A stretch of 64,000 bases of DNA from an uncultured Trueperaceae bacterium (GTDB taxonomy: Bacteria; Deinococcota; Deinococci; Deinococcales; Trueperaceae), in the NCBI GenBank assembly GCA_963815215.1, contig CAWFFU010000011.1, forward strand, positions 288,001-352,000. The letters run 5' to 3'. Under the pieces are notes generated by a model. That model was not told the origin of the DNA, did not search any database, and worked only from the letters and a program-made list of their open reading frames with translations. The position numbers and the translations under genes were made by a program. Shown piece after piece: positions 16,020-25,097 of the stretch (position 1 is the stretch's first letter; the number at the start of each line of letters is the position of its first letter).

Positions 16020-18710
16020 CTAGCCGCACTTGGAGTAGCCGCAGCTCTCGCACTTCTGGCAGCCCTCCTCGAACCGCAGCGGCGCCCCGCAGTCGGGGCA
16101 CGCCTTGCCGCGGTTGAGGACGTTCTCGGCACCCGCCGTCTCCAGGGCCACGGCCAGCAGGTCGGCCTTCGAGGCCACCAGGCGCCCGTGGTAGCTGCCG
16201 TACATACCACCGTTGATGCCCCGCAGCGTCTTGATGAGCGCCTCGGCGGGCACGCCGTACTGCAGCGCGATCGACACCACCCGGCCGAGCGCCTCGCTGT
16301 CGGCGTTGGCCTCGTCGCCGGCCTTGCCCGAGACGATGAACACCTCGGTAGGCAGGCCGTCCTGCTTGTTGACGGTCACGAAGAACCCACGCTTCTCGCC
16401 GTTAGGCAGCATCAGCTTGACCGCGTCGGTGAAGCCGGTGAGGCGCAACGGCCGCTCGAACAGCGGCTCGCTCGGCAGGCGGTCGAGGCGCGCCTCGTGC
16501 CGCAGCGATGCGCCGTGGCCGTCGCCGGCGGCGTCGGCCTCGGACGAGCCGACCGGAGCCGCCGAGGAGGCGCTCACGCCGGCTGCGGTGTCGGCGTCCT
16601 TGGTGACCTTCGTGGAGAGCACCTGGAAATCGCGCGAGCCGTCGCGGTACACGGTGACGCCCTTGCAGCCGGTCTCGAAGGCCAGCGCATAGGCCTCGAA
16701 GACGTCCTGTGTCGTGGCGTGCCTGGGAAGGTTGATGGTCTTGCTGATGGAGTTGGCCACCAGGTCACCACCGTCGAACGCCCGTTGGACCACCCCCTGC
16801 ATCCGGACGTGATCGGCCGGCGCGATGTCGTGCGCGCAGATCAGCACGGTCTTGACGGCGTCGGGGATGAAGTCGAGCCCCTGCACGCTACCGTGGTTGG
16901 CCTGCACCGCCTCCACCACCTTGTCCCAGTCCCAGCCGCCGTCCACGGCGAGGTCGGGGGGCGCGGCGTGCTCCTCCATCAACTCCCGGAACAGCGGATG
17001 CACCAGCGCGGCGTAGTCGCTGCCGATCTTGCGGTAGATGAAGGGCGCGAACACCGGCTCCACGCCCGACGACACGCCCATCAACATGCTGGTGGTGCCG
17101 GTGGGCGCGACCGTCAACACCGCGATGTTGCGACGGGGCGTGTCCAACCCGCTCTCGGCGAACATCGGGAAGGGCGCGCGCTCGTCGGCCAGGCCCTCAC
17201 TGGCCGCAGTGGCCGCCTGGCGCAACTCGCTGATCATGGTGTGGACCGCGTCGCGGCCCTCCTCGGTGTCGTAGGCGAAGCCCATACGGATGAGCGCGTC
17301 GGCCAGCCCCATCACCCCGAGGCCCAGGCGGCGCAGCTTCATGCTCATGGTCCGGTTGTCCTCCAGGGCGAACCGGTTCACGTCGAGGACGTTGTCCAGG
17401 AAGCGCACACAGGTGCCCACGTCGGCTCGGAAGGCCTGGCGGTCGAAGCCTTCCATCCCGACCCCGGGCCGACGCACGTAGGCGGCAAGGTTCATCGCCC
17501 CCAGATCGCACGGCTCCCCCGGGTAGAGCGGGATCTCGCCGCACGGGTTGGTGGCCTTGATGTCCCCCATCGTCTCGCGCATGGGGTTGAACTCGTTGAT
17601 GCGATCGACGTAGATCAGTCCCGGCTCGCCGGTCTGCCAGGCGTGCCGCGCGATGGCCTCGAGCACGTCGCCGCCTTCGCGGGCGATGCTCTGGCGCATG
17701 AAGGCGTCGCTGACCAGCACCGAGATGTTGAAGGTGCTGATATCGCCTTCGGCCTGCTCGCGCTCCAGGTCCTTGGCGGTGATGAAGTCGCGCACGTCGG
17801 CGTGGGTGATGGAGATGGTGGCCATGCCGGCGCCGCGCCTCGTGCCTCCCTGGCGGATCACCCGCAGGGTGGGCGCGAAGATGTATCGCAGCGTCGCTAC
17901 CGGGCCCGCGAAGTCGGCGCCACCGAGCGCCGCCCAGATAGCGAAGTTGTCGAACACTTCGACCGCGAAGCTGGACGGGCCGCTGGAGCTCCCGCCCGAT
18001 CCCTGCACCGGCGTTCCCTCCGGGCGAAGCGCGCTGAGGTCGAGCACTACGTCATCGCCTCGGAGAAGCGCGGTGATCATCGCGCCACCCCCCTGCCAGA
18101 TGCCCTCCACCGAGTCGCCCACGGTCTCGAGCTGGGCACCGGAGGGGGCGTCCTGGCGTTCCACGAAGGTGGCGGCGCGATAGCCGCGCGTGACGTACTC
18201 GCCCCGGACCAGATCGAGGAACGTGCCGCTACGGACCTTGTCGTAGTCGTCGTGACCGGGGTCGATCGTGAGGTACAGCCGCCCGCTGCGGCCCGTGAAG
18301 GCGCGCTTGGGGCGGATCGGGTCGAGGTTGAGGCCGTTGCCCCCGCCCACCTTGGTGACCAGCGCCAGCTTGGTGGCGAGCCGCAATACCCAGGGGGTGG
18401 TCGCCGGGCTCTCCGGGCTGCCGTCCTGAACGAAGCAGTTGAGCACGTTGCCGTGGCCGGTGGCCGCGCCGGCGAGCACCCTGCCACCGGGACAGAAACG
18501 CTTGCTCGCCATCAGCTCGTAGAATCGTTCGGCCATGTCCACCCGCACGTCCTCGCGTTCGGGGCTCGCCACCCAGCTCGCGACGCGCGCGAACATGTCC
18601 TCCAGCGTGGCGTCATCGGGCTGGAAGTACTGCCGCTTGGCGATCGCCCGTGCGTGGTCGTCGAAGCCCACGAGGGTGCCTGCTTCGTGAGGTGTACGTG
18701 CACTGCCCAC
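16020..18710 (-). CDS. nrdJ: Class II (adenosylcobalamin-dependent) ribonucleotide reductase with C-terminal TSCPD/Zn-ribbon; alternative start 18716
   Basis: PGGRVL, NCFV, QGG.RRGA.M, GEPG..Y.DRIN, TNPCGEIPL...CDLG, RRLGLGVMGLAD, APTGTTS, SISKTIN, GCKGVTVYRDGSR, CPDCG..EEGCQKCESCGYSKCG. Confidence 0.95.
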   Translation of the reverse strand: MGSARTPHEAGTLVGFDDHARAIAKRQYFQPDDATLEDMFARVASWVASPEREDVRVDMAERFYELMASKRFCPGGRVLAGAATGHGNVLNCFVQDGSPESPATTPWVLRLATKLALVTKVGGGNGLNLDPIRPKRAFTGRSGRLYLTIDPGHDDYDKVRSGTFLDLVRGEYVTRGYRAATFVERQDAPSGAQLETVGDSVEGIWQGGGAMITALLRGDDVVLDLSALRPEGTPVQGSGGSSSGPSSFAVEVFDNFAIWAALGGADFAGPVATLRYIFAPTLRVIRQGGTRRGAGMATISITHADVRDFITAKDLEREQAEGDISTFNISVLVSDAFMRQSIAREGGDVLEAIARHAWQTGEPGLIYVDRINEFNPMRETMGDIKATNPCGEIPLYPGEPCDLGAMNLAAYVRRPGVGMEGFDRQAFRADVGTCVRFLDNVLDVNRFALEDNRTMSMKLRRLGLGVMGLADALIRMGFAYDTEEGRDAVHTMISELRQAATAASEGLADERAPFPMFAESGLDTPRRNIAVLTVAPTGTTSMLMGVSSGVEPVFAPFIYRKIGSDYAALVHPLFRELMEEHAAPPDLAVDGGWDWDKVVEAVQANHGSVQGLDFIPDAVKTVLICAHDIAPADHVRMQGVVQRAFDGGDLVANSISKTINLPRHATTQDVFEAYALAFETGCKGVTVYRDGSRDFQVLSTKVTKDADTAAGVSASSAAPVGSSEADAAGDGHGASLRHEARLDRLPSEPLFERPLRLTGFTDAVKLMLPNGEKRGFFVTVNKQDGLPTEVFIVSGKAGDEANADSEALGRVVSIALQYGVPAEALIKTLRGINGGMYGSYHGRLVASKADLLAVALETAGAENVLNRGKACPDCGAPLRFEEGCQKCESCGYSKCG

Positions 18711-18800
18711 AATCATCCTCCCTGTCTCGAGAGCGTTCGGCGACGCTCGAGAAGGCTGTCTACCCTGATCGGCCGCACCCGGCAGGCGGCGCCGGTCAGT

Positions 18801-18847
18801 TCGCTACATAGTGTCTGTTGATGCTAGCAACATACAACATCTTGTCA
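18801..18847. promoter_or_regulatory. NrdR box pair 1
   Basis: TCGCTACATAGTGTCT (18801-18816) and ATACAACATCTTGTCA (18832-18847) match acaCwAtATaTwGtgt, offset 31 bp, upstream of nrdJ. Confidence 0.8.
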
Positions 18848-18966
18848 CGGTAAGGGGTTTCACACCGTCTCGAAAGTGCGCCAGCCGACCCGCGGCGGCC
18901 CCTCGTCGCGCCCCATCCTCTCGACCCCCAACCTATCATCGAGGGCGGGTCGCATCAAGGGCCGGC

Positions 18967-19013
18967 ATTCATCATCTGGGTACACGAACGCCCGTGCATA
19001 CCACATCTTGTAT
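18967..19013. promoter_or_regulatory. NrdR box pair 2
   Basis: ATTCATCATCTGGGTA (18967-18982) and ATACCACATCTTGTAT (18998-19013), offset 31 bp. Confidence 0.7.
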
Positions 19014-19132
19014 GCACGGGCGTTCCGTTGGGATTCCCTGCTTCGACCGGCGCCGTTCGGGCGGGCGTCCGCCGGCCGGCCCCACACCGGCGTCACGACC
19101 AGCCTACCCCCACCGGGCGCCTGAGGTCGGCG

Positions 19133-20650
19133 TCAGTGCTTGAAGTGTCGCTCCCCCGTCAGGACCATGGCCATGCCGCGCTCGTCGGCCGCCTCGATCA
19201 CCTGCTCGTCACGGATCGACCCTCCCGGCTGGATCACCGCCGCCACCCCCGCGTCGGCCGCGGCATCGACCCCGTCCCGGAACGGGAAGAAGGCGTCGCT
19301 CGCGCAGGCGCCGCCGCGGGCCCGCCCCGCCGCCTTCTTGGCCGCGATCTCGACGGCATCGACGCGGCTCTGCTGGCCCGCCCCCACCCCGACCGCACTG
19401 CCACCGGCAGCGAAGACGATGGCGTTGGACGACGTGAACGCGCACACCCGATAGGCGAGCTCCAGGTCGCGCCACTGCTGCTCGGTGGGCTGCGCCCGGG
19501 TCACGACCTTCCACTCGCCGCGCTCGACCCGTACCGGGTCGGGTTGCTGCACCAGGAAGCCGCCGTCGATCCGGCGCAGCTCGAGCCCGCGCTCGCCCGG
19601 CGGTTCGGCCTCCAGCACACGCATGTTCTTGCGCTTGCGGGCGAACAGCTCGAGCGCCTCGGGCGCGAAGCCGCGGGCGATGAGCACATCCGCTTTGGGA
19701 TTCGCGACGACGGCCCGCGCCAGCTCGGCATCCACCGTGCCCGGCAGTGCCACGATCCCGCCGAAGGCCGACTTCGGGTCCGCTTCGAACGCCGCGGCGT
19801 AGGCCGTCGTGAGATCGCCTGCCAGCGCCGCCCCGCACGGGTTGGCGTGCTTGGCGATGACGGCCGCGCGCCCCGCTCCGAGCTCGAACGCGAGCCGCCA
19901 GGCGGCGTCGGCATCGAAGAGGTTGAGGTAGGACAGGGCCATGCCCGAATGCTGCACCACCGAGTCCCACCACCCGCGCGAGCCGACCTCGCGGTAGCGG
20001 GCGCCGTGTTGGTGCGGGTTCTCGCCGTAACGGAGTACCTCGGCACGCTCCAGAGCCAGGTTGAGGTGCTCCGGCAACGCCTCATCGCGCTCCATCCAGG
20101 CCACGATGGCGGCGTCGTACGCCGCGCTATGGGCGAAGGCCTTGCGGGCCAGCGAGCGCCGCAGCGCCTCGTCGGGGCCCGCACGCACGGCGTCGAGCAC
20201 GGCCGGGTAGTCGTCGGGATCGACGACCACCAGCACGGACGGATGGTTCTTGGCCGCCGCGCGCAACATGCTGGGGCCGCCGATGTCGATGGTCTCCAGC
20301 GCCTCCGACCAACCGACGCCGGCACGCGCCACGGTCTCGCGGAACGGGTACAGGTTGACGGCGACCAGATCGATCGGGGTGATGTCGTGCTCGCGCAGCT
20401 CGGAGAGGTGAGCCTCCTCGCGTCGCGCGAGAAGGCCACCGTGGATGCGCGGGTGCAGCGTCTTGACCCGGCCGTCGAGGATCTCCGGGAAGCCGGTGAC
20501 GTCCGCCACGGCGACGGCGGGGACCCCGGCATCGCGCAGCGACTGTAGGGTACCGCCGGTGGACACGATCTCGTAGCCGAGACCGCTCAGGCCGCGCGCG
20601 AAGTCTGCCAGACCGCGTTTGTCCGAAACGCTCAGCAGGGCTCGGGGCAT
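19133..20650 (-). CDS. purH: Bifunctional AICAR transformylase/IMP cyclohydrolase
   Basis: [58 protein letters not shown]. Confidence 0.97.
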   Translation of the reverse strand: MPRALLSVSDKRGLADFARGLSGLGYEIVSTGGTLQSLRDAGVPAVAVADVTGFPEILDGRVKTLHPRIHGGLLARREEAHLSELREHDITPIDLVAVNLYPFRETVARAGVGWSEALETIDIGGPSMLRAAAKNHPSVLVVVDPDDYPAVLDAVRAGPDEALRRSLARKAFAHSAAYDAAIVAWMERDEALPEHLNLALERAEVLRYGENPHQHGARYREVGSRGWWDSVVQHSGMALSYLNLFDADAAWRLAFELGAGRAAVIAKHANPCGAALAGDLTTAYAAAFEADPKSAFGGIVALPGTVDAELARAVVANPKADVLIARGFAPEALELFARKRKNMRVLEAEPPGERGLELRRIDGGFLVQQPDPVRVERGEWKVVTRAQPTEQQWRDLELAYRVCAFTSSNAIVFAAGGSAVGVGAGQQSRVDAVEIAAKKAAGRARGGACASDAFFPFRDGVDAAADAGVAAVIQPGGSIRDEQVIEAADERGMAMVLTGERHFKH

Positions 20651-20711
20651 GACGGAACCACCTCCGGTGGTGCGGTCGGCGGGCGCTCCTCGGAGCGCCC
20701 GCCGTCAGGAA

Positions 20712-22820
20712 CTAGTTACCGCTGCCGGTCTTGCCGGACCCCGACGAGCCGTTGGCGGGGCTGGCGGCCGGTGGCGTGGTCGACGATCCGGAGGACGTCG
20801 TTCCGGAGGAGCCCGTCGAACCTGAGCTGCTGGAACCGGAACTCGAGCCTGAACTGGAGCCGGAGCTCGAGCCCGCGCCGGTCGATCCGGAGCCCGTGCC
20901 CGTCGCGCCGCCGGTACCTGATGACTTCTGCTGGAGCTGCGCCAGGTCGTTCTCGACCTTGATCTGCTTCTTCAGCTTGTCGAGCCAGTCGGTGCGGAGC
21001 TGCTGCTGCTGGTTCGAGAGCACCGCTGCGCGAACCTGGTCCTTGACCTCGTTGAACGTGCGCGTGCGCTGGGGCGTGCGAACGGCCAGCAGGACCACGT
21101 AGGTGTCCACCGTCTTGGGCGGCGACGCACTGCTCCCCGCCGCCCCGCTACTGCTGGACGAGCTGCTGCTCGAGCTGCTTGCAGCGGCACCGTTGGACGT
21201 CGATCCGGTGGTGCTCGAGCTACCGGTCTTCGCCGGCTGCGACAGCACCAGCACGTCAGAGATCCCCTGCTGGCTGCTCGGGAGCGGGCTGAAGGCGTCG
21301 GTCTTGAACAGCGCGGTGTCGAGCTCGGTCACCAGGTCGCCGGGTTTCACCGTGCCCAGGTCCTTGACGGTACCGCTGTCGGCCTTGGCGGTGGCATCGA
21401 GGGCCTTGCCCTGCAGCATCGCCGACCGGAAGGCTTCCGCTCCGGCCTTGCTGGTGAAGTCGACACGCGTAGCCTCGGCCTCCGCCGCGATGGTGAAGCT
21501 CGAGGTGTTGCTGTCGTAGTACTTCTGCATGGCGTCAGGCGTGGCCTTGGCGTCGCGCGACACGTAGTTGAGCGCCGCCTGTGCGACCATCTGCCGGGTC
21601 CCGACCAGCTGGAGCTTGAGGGACTGAGCGCCCTGGTACGCCACGTAGCTGTCGATGAGCTGTCCCAGCACCGCCGGCTTGAAGAACTGGGTGACCAGGG
21701 AGGCGCTCTGCGGTGACAGCGCCCGCTGGATCTGCGGGTTGGTGTACGTGGCGCGATCGAGCTCGGCGGCCTTGATGCTGGTGTCGCCGACCTTGGCCAC
21801 CGTGGGATTGTCGTAGGTTAGCTCGCTGCCCGTGGGGACCGTGATCTTGGCGTCGCTCATGAGCTGCTCGATCTTCTGCTCCACCACGCCCGTCTGCTTG
21901 GCCTTGAGGGCGTCCGCCTTGACCTGGTCCTTGACCTTGTCGAACGCCTTCGGCGCGGCCGGCAGGTAGGTCTCGACCTTGACGATGTAGAACCGCCCCG
22001 CGGCATTGACGACATCGGTGATACCCGGACCCTGCAAGCCGAAGGCGGCGTCCGCCACCGCGGTGGGGAGCGCCGGCTTACCGACCGGCTGCGGCGTACT
22101 CTCCCCCTTGGCCGCACCGAGCGCGCCGCCGCGATCGGCCAGCTCCTTGCTGTTGGCCTTGGCGAGGGCGGCGAAGTCGGCGCCGCCGACCGCCTTCTTC
22201 TGCAGCTCGACGGCGAGGGCGGCGTCGTCGACGACGATCTCGCGGGCTTTGATCTGCGGATCGCTCTGATAGCTGGTGGGGTGCGTGTCGTACCAGTCCT
22301 TCACCTCGGCGTCGCTCACCTTGAGATCCTTGGTGAGCTGCGTCTCCCATTTGGTCTGCCGCAACGACTCGCGCACGTAGTCGCGGAAGGTGGCGTCGGT
22401 GAAGCCGGCGTTGCCGATGAGGTTGAGGTAGGCCTGGTCGTTGCCGCGACCCGCGACGCCGCGCGTCTTCCGGAAGTCGTCGACCGACTTGTTGACCTCG
22501 CCGCCGGAAACGCGGATCTTGGCCGAGGCCTGCGACAGGACGGCGTTCTGGATCAGGTTGTCGACGAGCAGCAGCTGCAGGTCGTTGGCTACTTCGCCCT
22601 GCGACACAGCGCTGTACAGCGGGTTCTGGCGCGCGCGGGCCACCGCGTCCTGGTAGATGGGTTGCCCGTTGACCTGCAGCTCGACCGAGCCGTGGCTCGC
22701 GCCGCCGCCACCCCCGCCGAGGCGTCCGAGCGTCGGCGTGAAGGTGATGATCATGCCGAGCAGCAACCCGATGGAGATGATCCACAGGATGATCGTGTTG
22801 GTGCGACGGTTGAACTTCAT
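20712..22820 (-). CDS. SurA/PrsA/PpiD-like peptidyl-prolyl isomerase chaperone with Ser/Gly-rich tracts
   Basis: N-terminal TM anchor, SurA-N-like region, DFAALAKANS..ADRGG.LG parvulin motif, low-complexity S/G tail. Confidence 0.8.
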   Translation of the reverse strand: MKFNRRTNTIILWIISIGLLLGMIITFTPTLGRLGGGGGGASHGSVELQVNGQPIYQDAVARARQNPLYSAVSQGEVANDLQLLLVDNLIQNAVLSQASAKIRVSGGEVNKSVDDFRKTRGVAGRGNDQAYLNLIGNAGFTDATFRDYVRESLRQTKWETQLTKDLKVSDAEVKDWYDTHPTSYQSDPQIKAREIVVDDAALAVELQKKAVGGADFAALAKANSKELADRGGALGAAKGESTPQPVGKPALPTAVADAAFGLQGPGITDVVNAAGRFYIVKVETYLPAAPKAFDKVKDQVKADALKAKQTGVVEQKIEQLMSDAKITVPTGSELTYDNPTVAKVGDTSIKAAELDRATYTNPQIQRALSPQSASLVTQFFKPAVLGQLIDSYVAYQGAQSLKLQLVGTRQMVAQAALNYVSRDAKATPDAMQKYYDSNTSSFTIAAEAEATRVDFTSKAGAEAFRSAMLQGKALDATAKADSGTVKDLGTVKPGDLVTELDTALFKTDAFSPLPSSQQGISDVLVLSQPAKTGSSSTTGSTSNGAAASSSSSSSSSSSGAAGSSASPPKTVDTYVVLLAVRTPQRTRTFNEVKDQVRAAVLSNQQQQLRTDWLDKLKKQIKVENDLAQLQQKSSGTGGATGTGSGSTGAGSSSGSSSGSSSGSSSSGSTGSSGTTSSGSSTTPPAASPANGSSGSGKTGSGN

Positions 22821-22870
22821 TCCCTTGACTTCCTCCCAGAGCCTCTGATAGCTTTCTTAATTGACTTCGC

Positions 22871-22947
22871 GCGCCCGTAGCTCAGCCGGATAGAGCGTTC
22901 GCCTCCGGAGCGAAAGGTCACAGGTTCGAATCCTGTCGGGCGCACCA
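22871..22947 (+). tRNA. tRNA-Arg(CCG)
   Basis: GCGCCCG-TAGCTCAG...TTCGC-CTCCGGA-GCGAA...GGTTCGAATCC...CGGGCGC-ACCA. Confidence 0.97.
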
Positions 22948-23149
22948 CACGATCTTCCTCGTGCACAGCGGAGAACCGATCTGGTGATGCGTTCGGGGCT
23001 CAAAGCAGAGGAAGTGTACCACGGGCTTTCCATGAGAGTTTCTAGTCGGGCGACGGCCCCACAGGTGGCCGCGCTCCCGTCCTGGAGGCGTTCGCGCTCC
23101 GTCTGACGGCCGCTGTTGCGCAGACCTCGCGCGAACCGCGGGCAACGGC

Positions 23150-24499
23150 TCAGAACAGCCGGCCGGGATCGAATGGCAGGTCCTGGAGAAGCGCGCGGGC
23201 GGCCGCCAACGGGGCGTCGTAGCCGCGCGCCAGCCCTTCCAAGCTGACCTGCGCCGTGACCGCGGGGATGACACCGCCGTCGAAGGCGCGTCCGTCGATC
23301 CCCTCCAGGTTCGCGATCGCCACCATCACTACACTGCCATCGGGCAACGTGAAGCCCTGCACGGCCTCGACGTTGCCGTGGGTGCGCTCGCCCACCACCC
23401 GAGCCCGTCCGAGGTCCTGCAGCACCAGCGGCCCCACCTCGCCGGCCGAGCTGTTCTCGCCGTCGACCAGCGCGATCAGCGGTCCGTCGAAGCGCACCGG
23501 CCGCGCCAGCCGGTCTTCCTCCACCATCGTGCCGTCGCCGGCCACCAGGGTCGACACGCCCTCACCGTCCACGACCGTGTAGCGCCCCTGCCACACCACC
23601 GCACCACGGCTGACCGCCTGGCCCCAGGCGCCCTGGATGAACGCGCCCAGCACCAGCCCGAGCTGGCCCAGGCGCCCGCCGTAGTTGCCGCGCATGTCCA
23701 GGATCAGCGAGCGAGCACCCTGTCGCTCGAGCTCCCCCAGGAGCTCGTGGAAGCGCGCGCCGGTGGTCGGCAGGTTGAGGCTGGGGAGGTAGATGTAGCC
23801 GGTAGCGCCGTCCAGCATCCGGCCGACAGGTTGCTCGGTCAGGGCGCGCTGCGCCAGCAGCGCAGGGTGCAGGATGCGATCGAACGCCTCGTAGCCACGA
23901 CGCAGGCCGAGCGCGACGTCGCCGCGTTGAACCGCCCGACTCAGCACCGTGCCCGCATCCCAGCGAGCTGCGCCGTCGAGCGCTTCGCTCCCGACCCTGG
24001 TGATGACGTCGCCGCGACGCAGCCCGGCGTCCTCCGCCGGTGAGCCGGGCAGCACCCGGGTGACGACCAGGCCCGAACCCTGTAGGTAGGCGGTCTCGAC
24101 GCCGATGGTGGGCGTCGCCTGGGGAGCTGTGGTACCTCCCTGGTACGAGGCCAGGCCCAGCCAGCTCGAATGATCGTCGTGGACGGCATCGACCATCTGC
24201 CTCATGACACTGTCGAAGCCGGCCCGCGTGCCCGCCCCATCGGCCGCCGAGCGGTAGCGGTCGGCCCATGCCTGCCAGTCCATCCAGCCGGGATCCCAGT
24301 AACGGTCGCGGAAGACGTCGACCATTGCCTGGAACACCCTGTCCCTGCCCTGGCTCGACGCCCACAACGGTTCCGCCGCCAGCACCGGCGCGCTTAGCGT
24401 CAGCGCGCACACGACCGTCAGGGCGAGCCGCACCCAGCGGCGCCCGTCGGCCCGGCCGCGGCCGCCCGTCACCGCTCCGTCACCGGTGCCGGCTCCCAC
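23150..24499 (-). CDS. S41 family peptidase with PDZ domain
   Basis: Signal peptide, DDHS, PDZ (VLPGSPAEDAGLRRGDVI), GYIYL, LILDMRGNYGG, LVD..SSAGE, VVGERT.G. Confidence 0.88.
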   Translation of the reverse strand: MGAGTGDGAVTGGRGRADGRRWVRLALTVVCALTLSAPVLAAEPLWASSQGRDRVFQAMVDVFRDRYWDPGWMDWQAWADRYRSAADGAGTRAGFDSVMRQMVDAVHDDHSSWLGLASYQGGTTAPQATPTIGVETAYLQGSGLVVTRVLPGSPAEDAGLRRGDVITRVGSEALDGAARWDAGTVLSRAVQRGDVALGLRRGYEAFDRILHPALLAQRALTEQPVGRMLDGATGYIYLPSLNLPTTGARFHELLGELERQGARSLILDMRGNYGGRLGQLGLVLGAFIQGAWGQAVSRGAVVWQGRYTVVDGEGVSTLVAGDGTMVEEDRLARPVRFDGPLIALVDGENSSAGEVGPLVLQDLGRARVVGERTHGNVEAVQGFTLPDGSVVMVAIANLEGIDGRAFDGGVIPAVTAQVSLEGLARGYDAPLAAARALLQDLPFDPGRLF

Positions 24500-24565
24500 G
24501 CCTCAGCCTGGGAGGGAGGACGCGACGGGTCGGGAATCGGCTGCACGCCGGCGCGCCCGCCGTCA

Positions 24566-25093
24566 TCACCACACCGGCCGTTCGGGGAAGGCGGCGCGAC
24601 GCCAGGGACTGGCGACCTCGATCCCTTCGCCCGAGAACGTCGTCACCCGTCGCCCTTCGATCTCGAGCACCACGCCCTTGACGTCGGTCGGCCGGGTCAA
24701 CGTGTAGTACAGCTGGTTGAGCCGTCCGACGATCATGGCGCTGCCCCCTCCGCGCTCGAAGCCGGCGGACAGGTCGATCGTCAGGATGCCGGCGTCCAGC
24801 TTCGCGCTCCGTACCAGCGTGTCGGCGGGCACGGCGCTGCTCAGCCCGCGCGCGGCCTCGTCCGGGGTGGGACCTGCGGCCAGCGCCGCGACGGCGCGCT
24901 CGGCTCGGGACGCGGCGTCGCCGCGTCCGCCGCGACGGTAGACCTGCGTCAGGTGGAAGTTCGTGCCGTCCGAGGCGATGAAGTAGACGACCGTGTCGGG
25001 CAGCCGCTGCAGGGTGCGTACGGTGATGACGGCGACCAACGCCAGCAGCAGTAGCAGTGCCAGCGCCGACACGCGCAGCACCACCGTACGCAC
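24566..25093 (-). CDS. GerMN domain protein
   Basis: N-terminal TM; AL.AGPT..E...GLSSAVP, IDLS..F..GGGS, L.QL.YTLT, V...IEG. Confidence 0.85.
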   Translation of the reverse strand: MRTVVLRVSALALLLLLALVAVITVRTLQRLPDTVVYFIASDGTNFHLTQVYRRGGRGDAASRAERAVAALAAGPTPDEAARGLSSAVPADTLVRSAKLDAGILTIDLSAGFERGGGSAMIVGRLNQLYYTLTRPTDVKGVVLEIEGRRVTTFSGEGIEVASPWRRAAFPERPVW

Positions 25094-25097
25094 CGGA

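Noticed and set aside
16020..18710. Intein or group I/II intron in nrdJ
   Set aside because: The ORF is continuous and of normal length, with no splicing or LAGLIDADG motifs
20651..20711. ZTP/pfl riboswitch upstream of purH
   Set aside because: Only about 60 nt, holding a simple GC hairpin and SD; no consensus
20715..20930. Degenerate 12-bp repeats in the PPIase gene 3' end
   Set aside because: Encodes a Ser/Gly low-complexity tail; not a separate element
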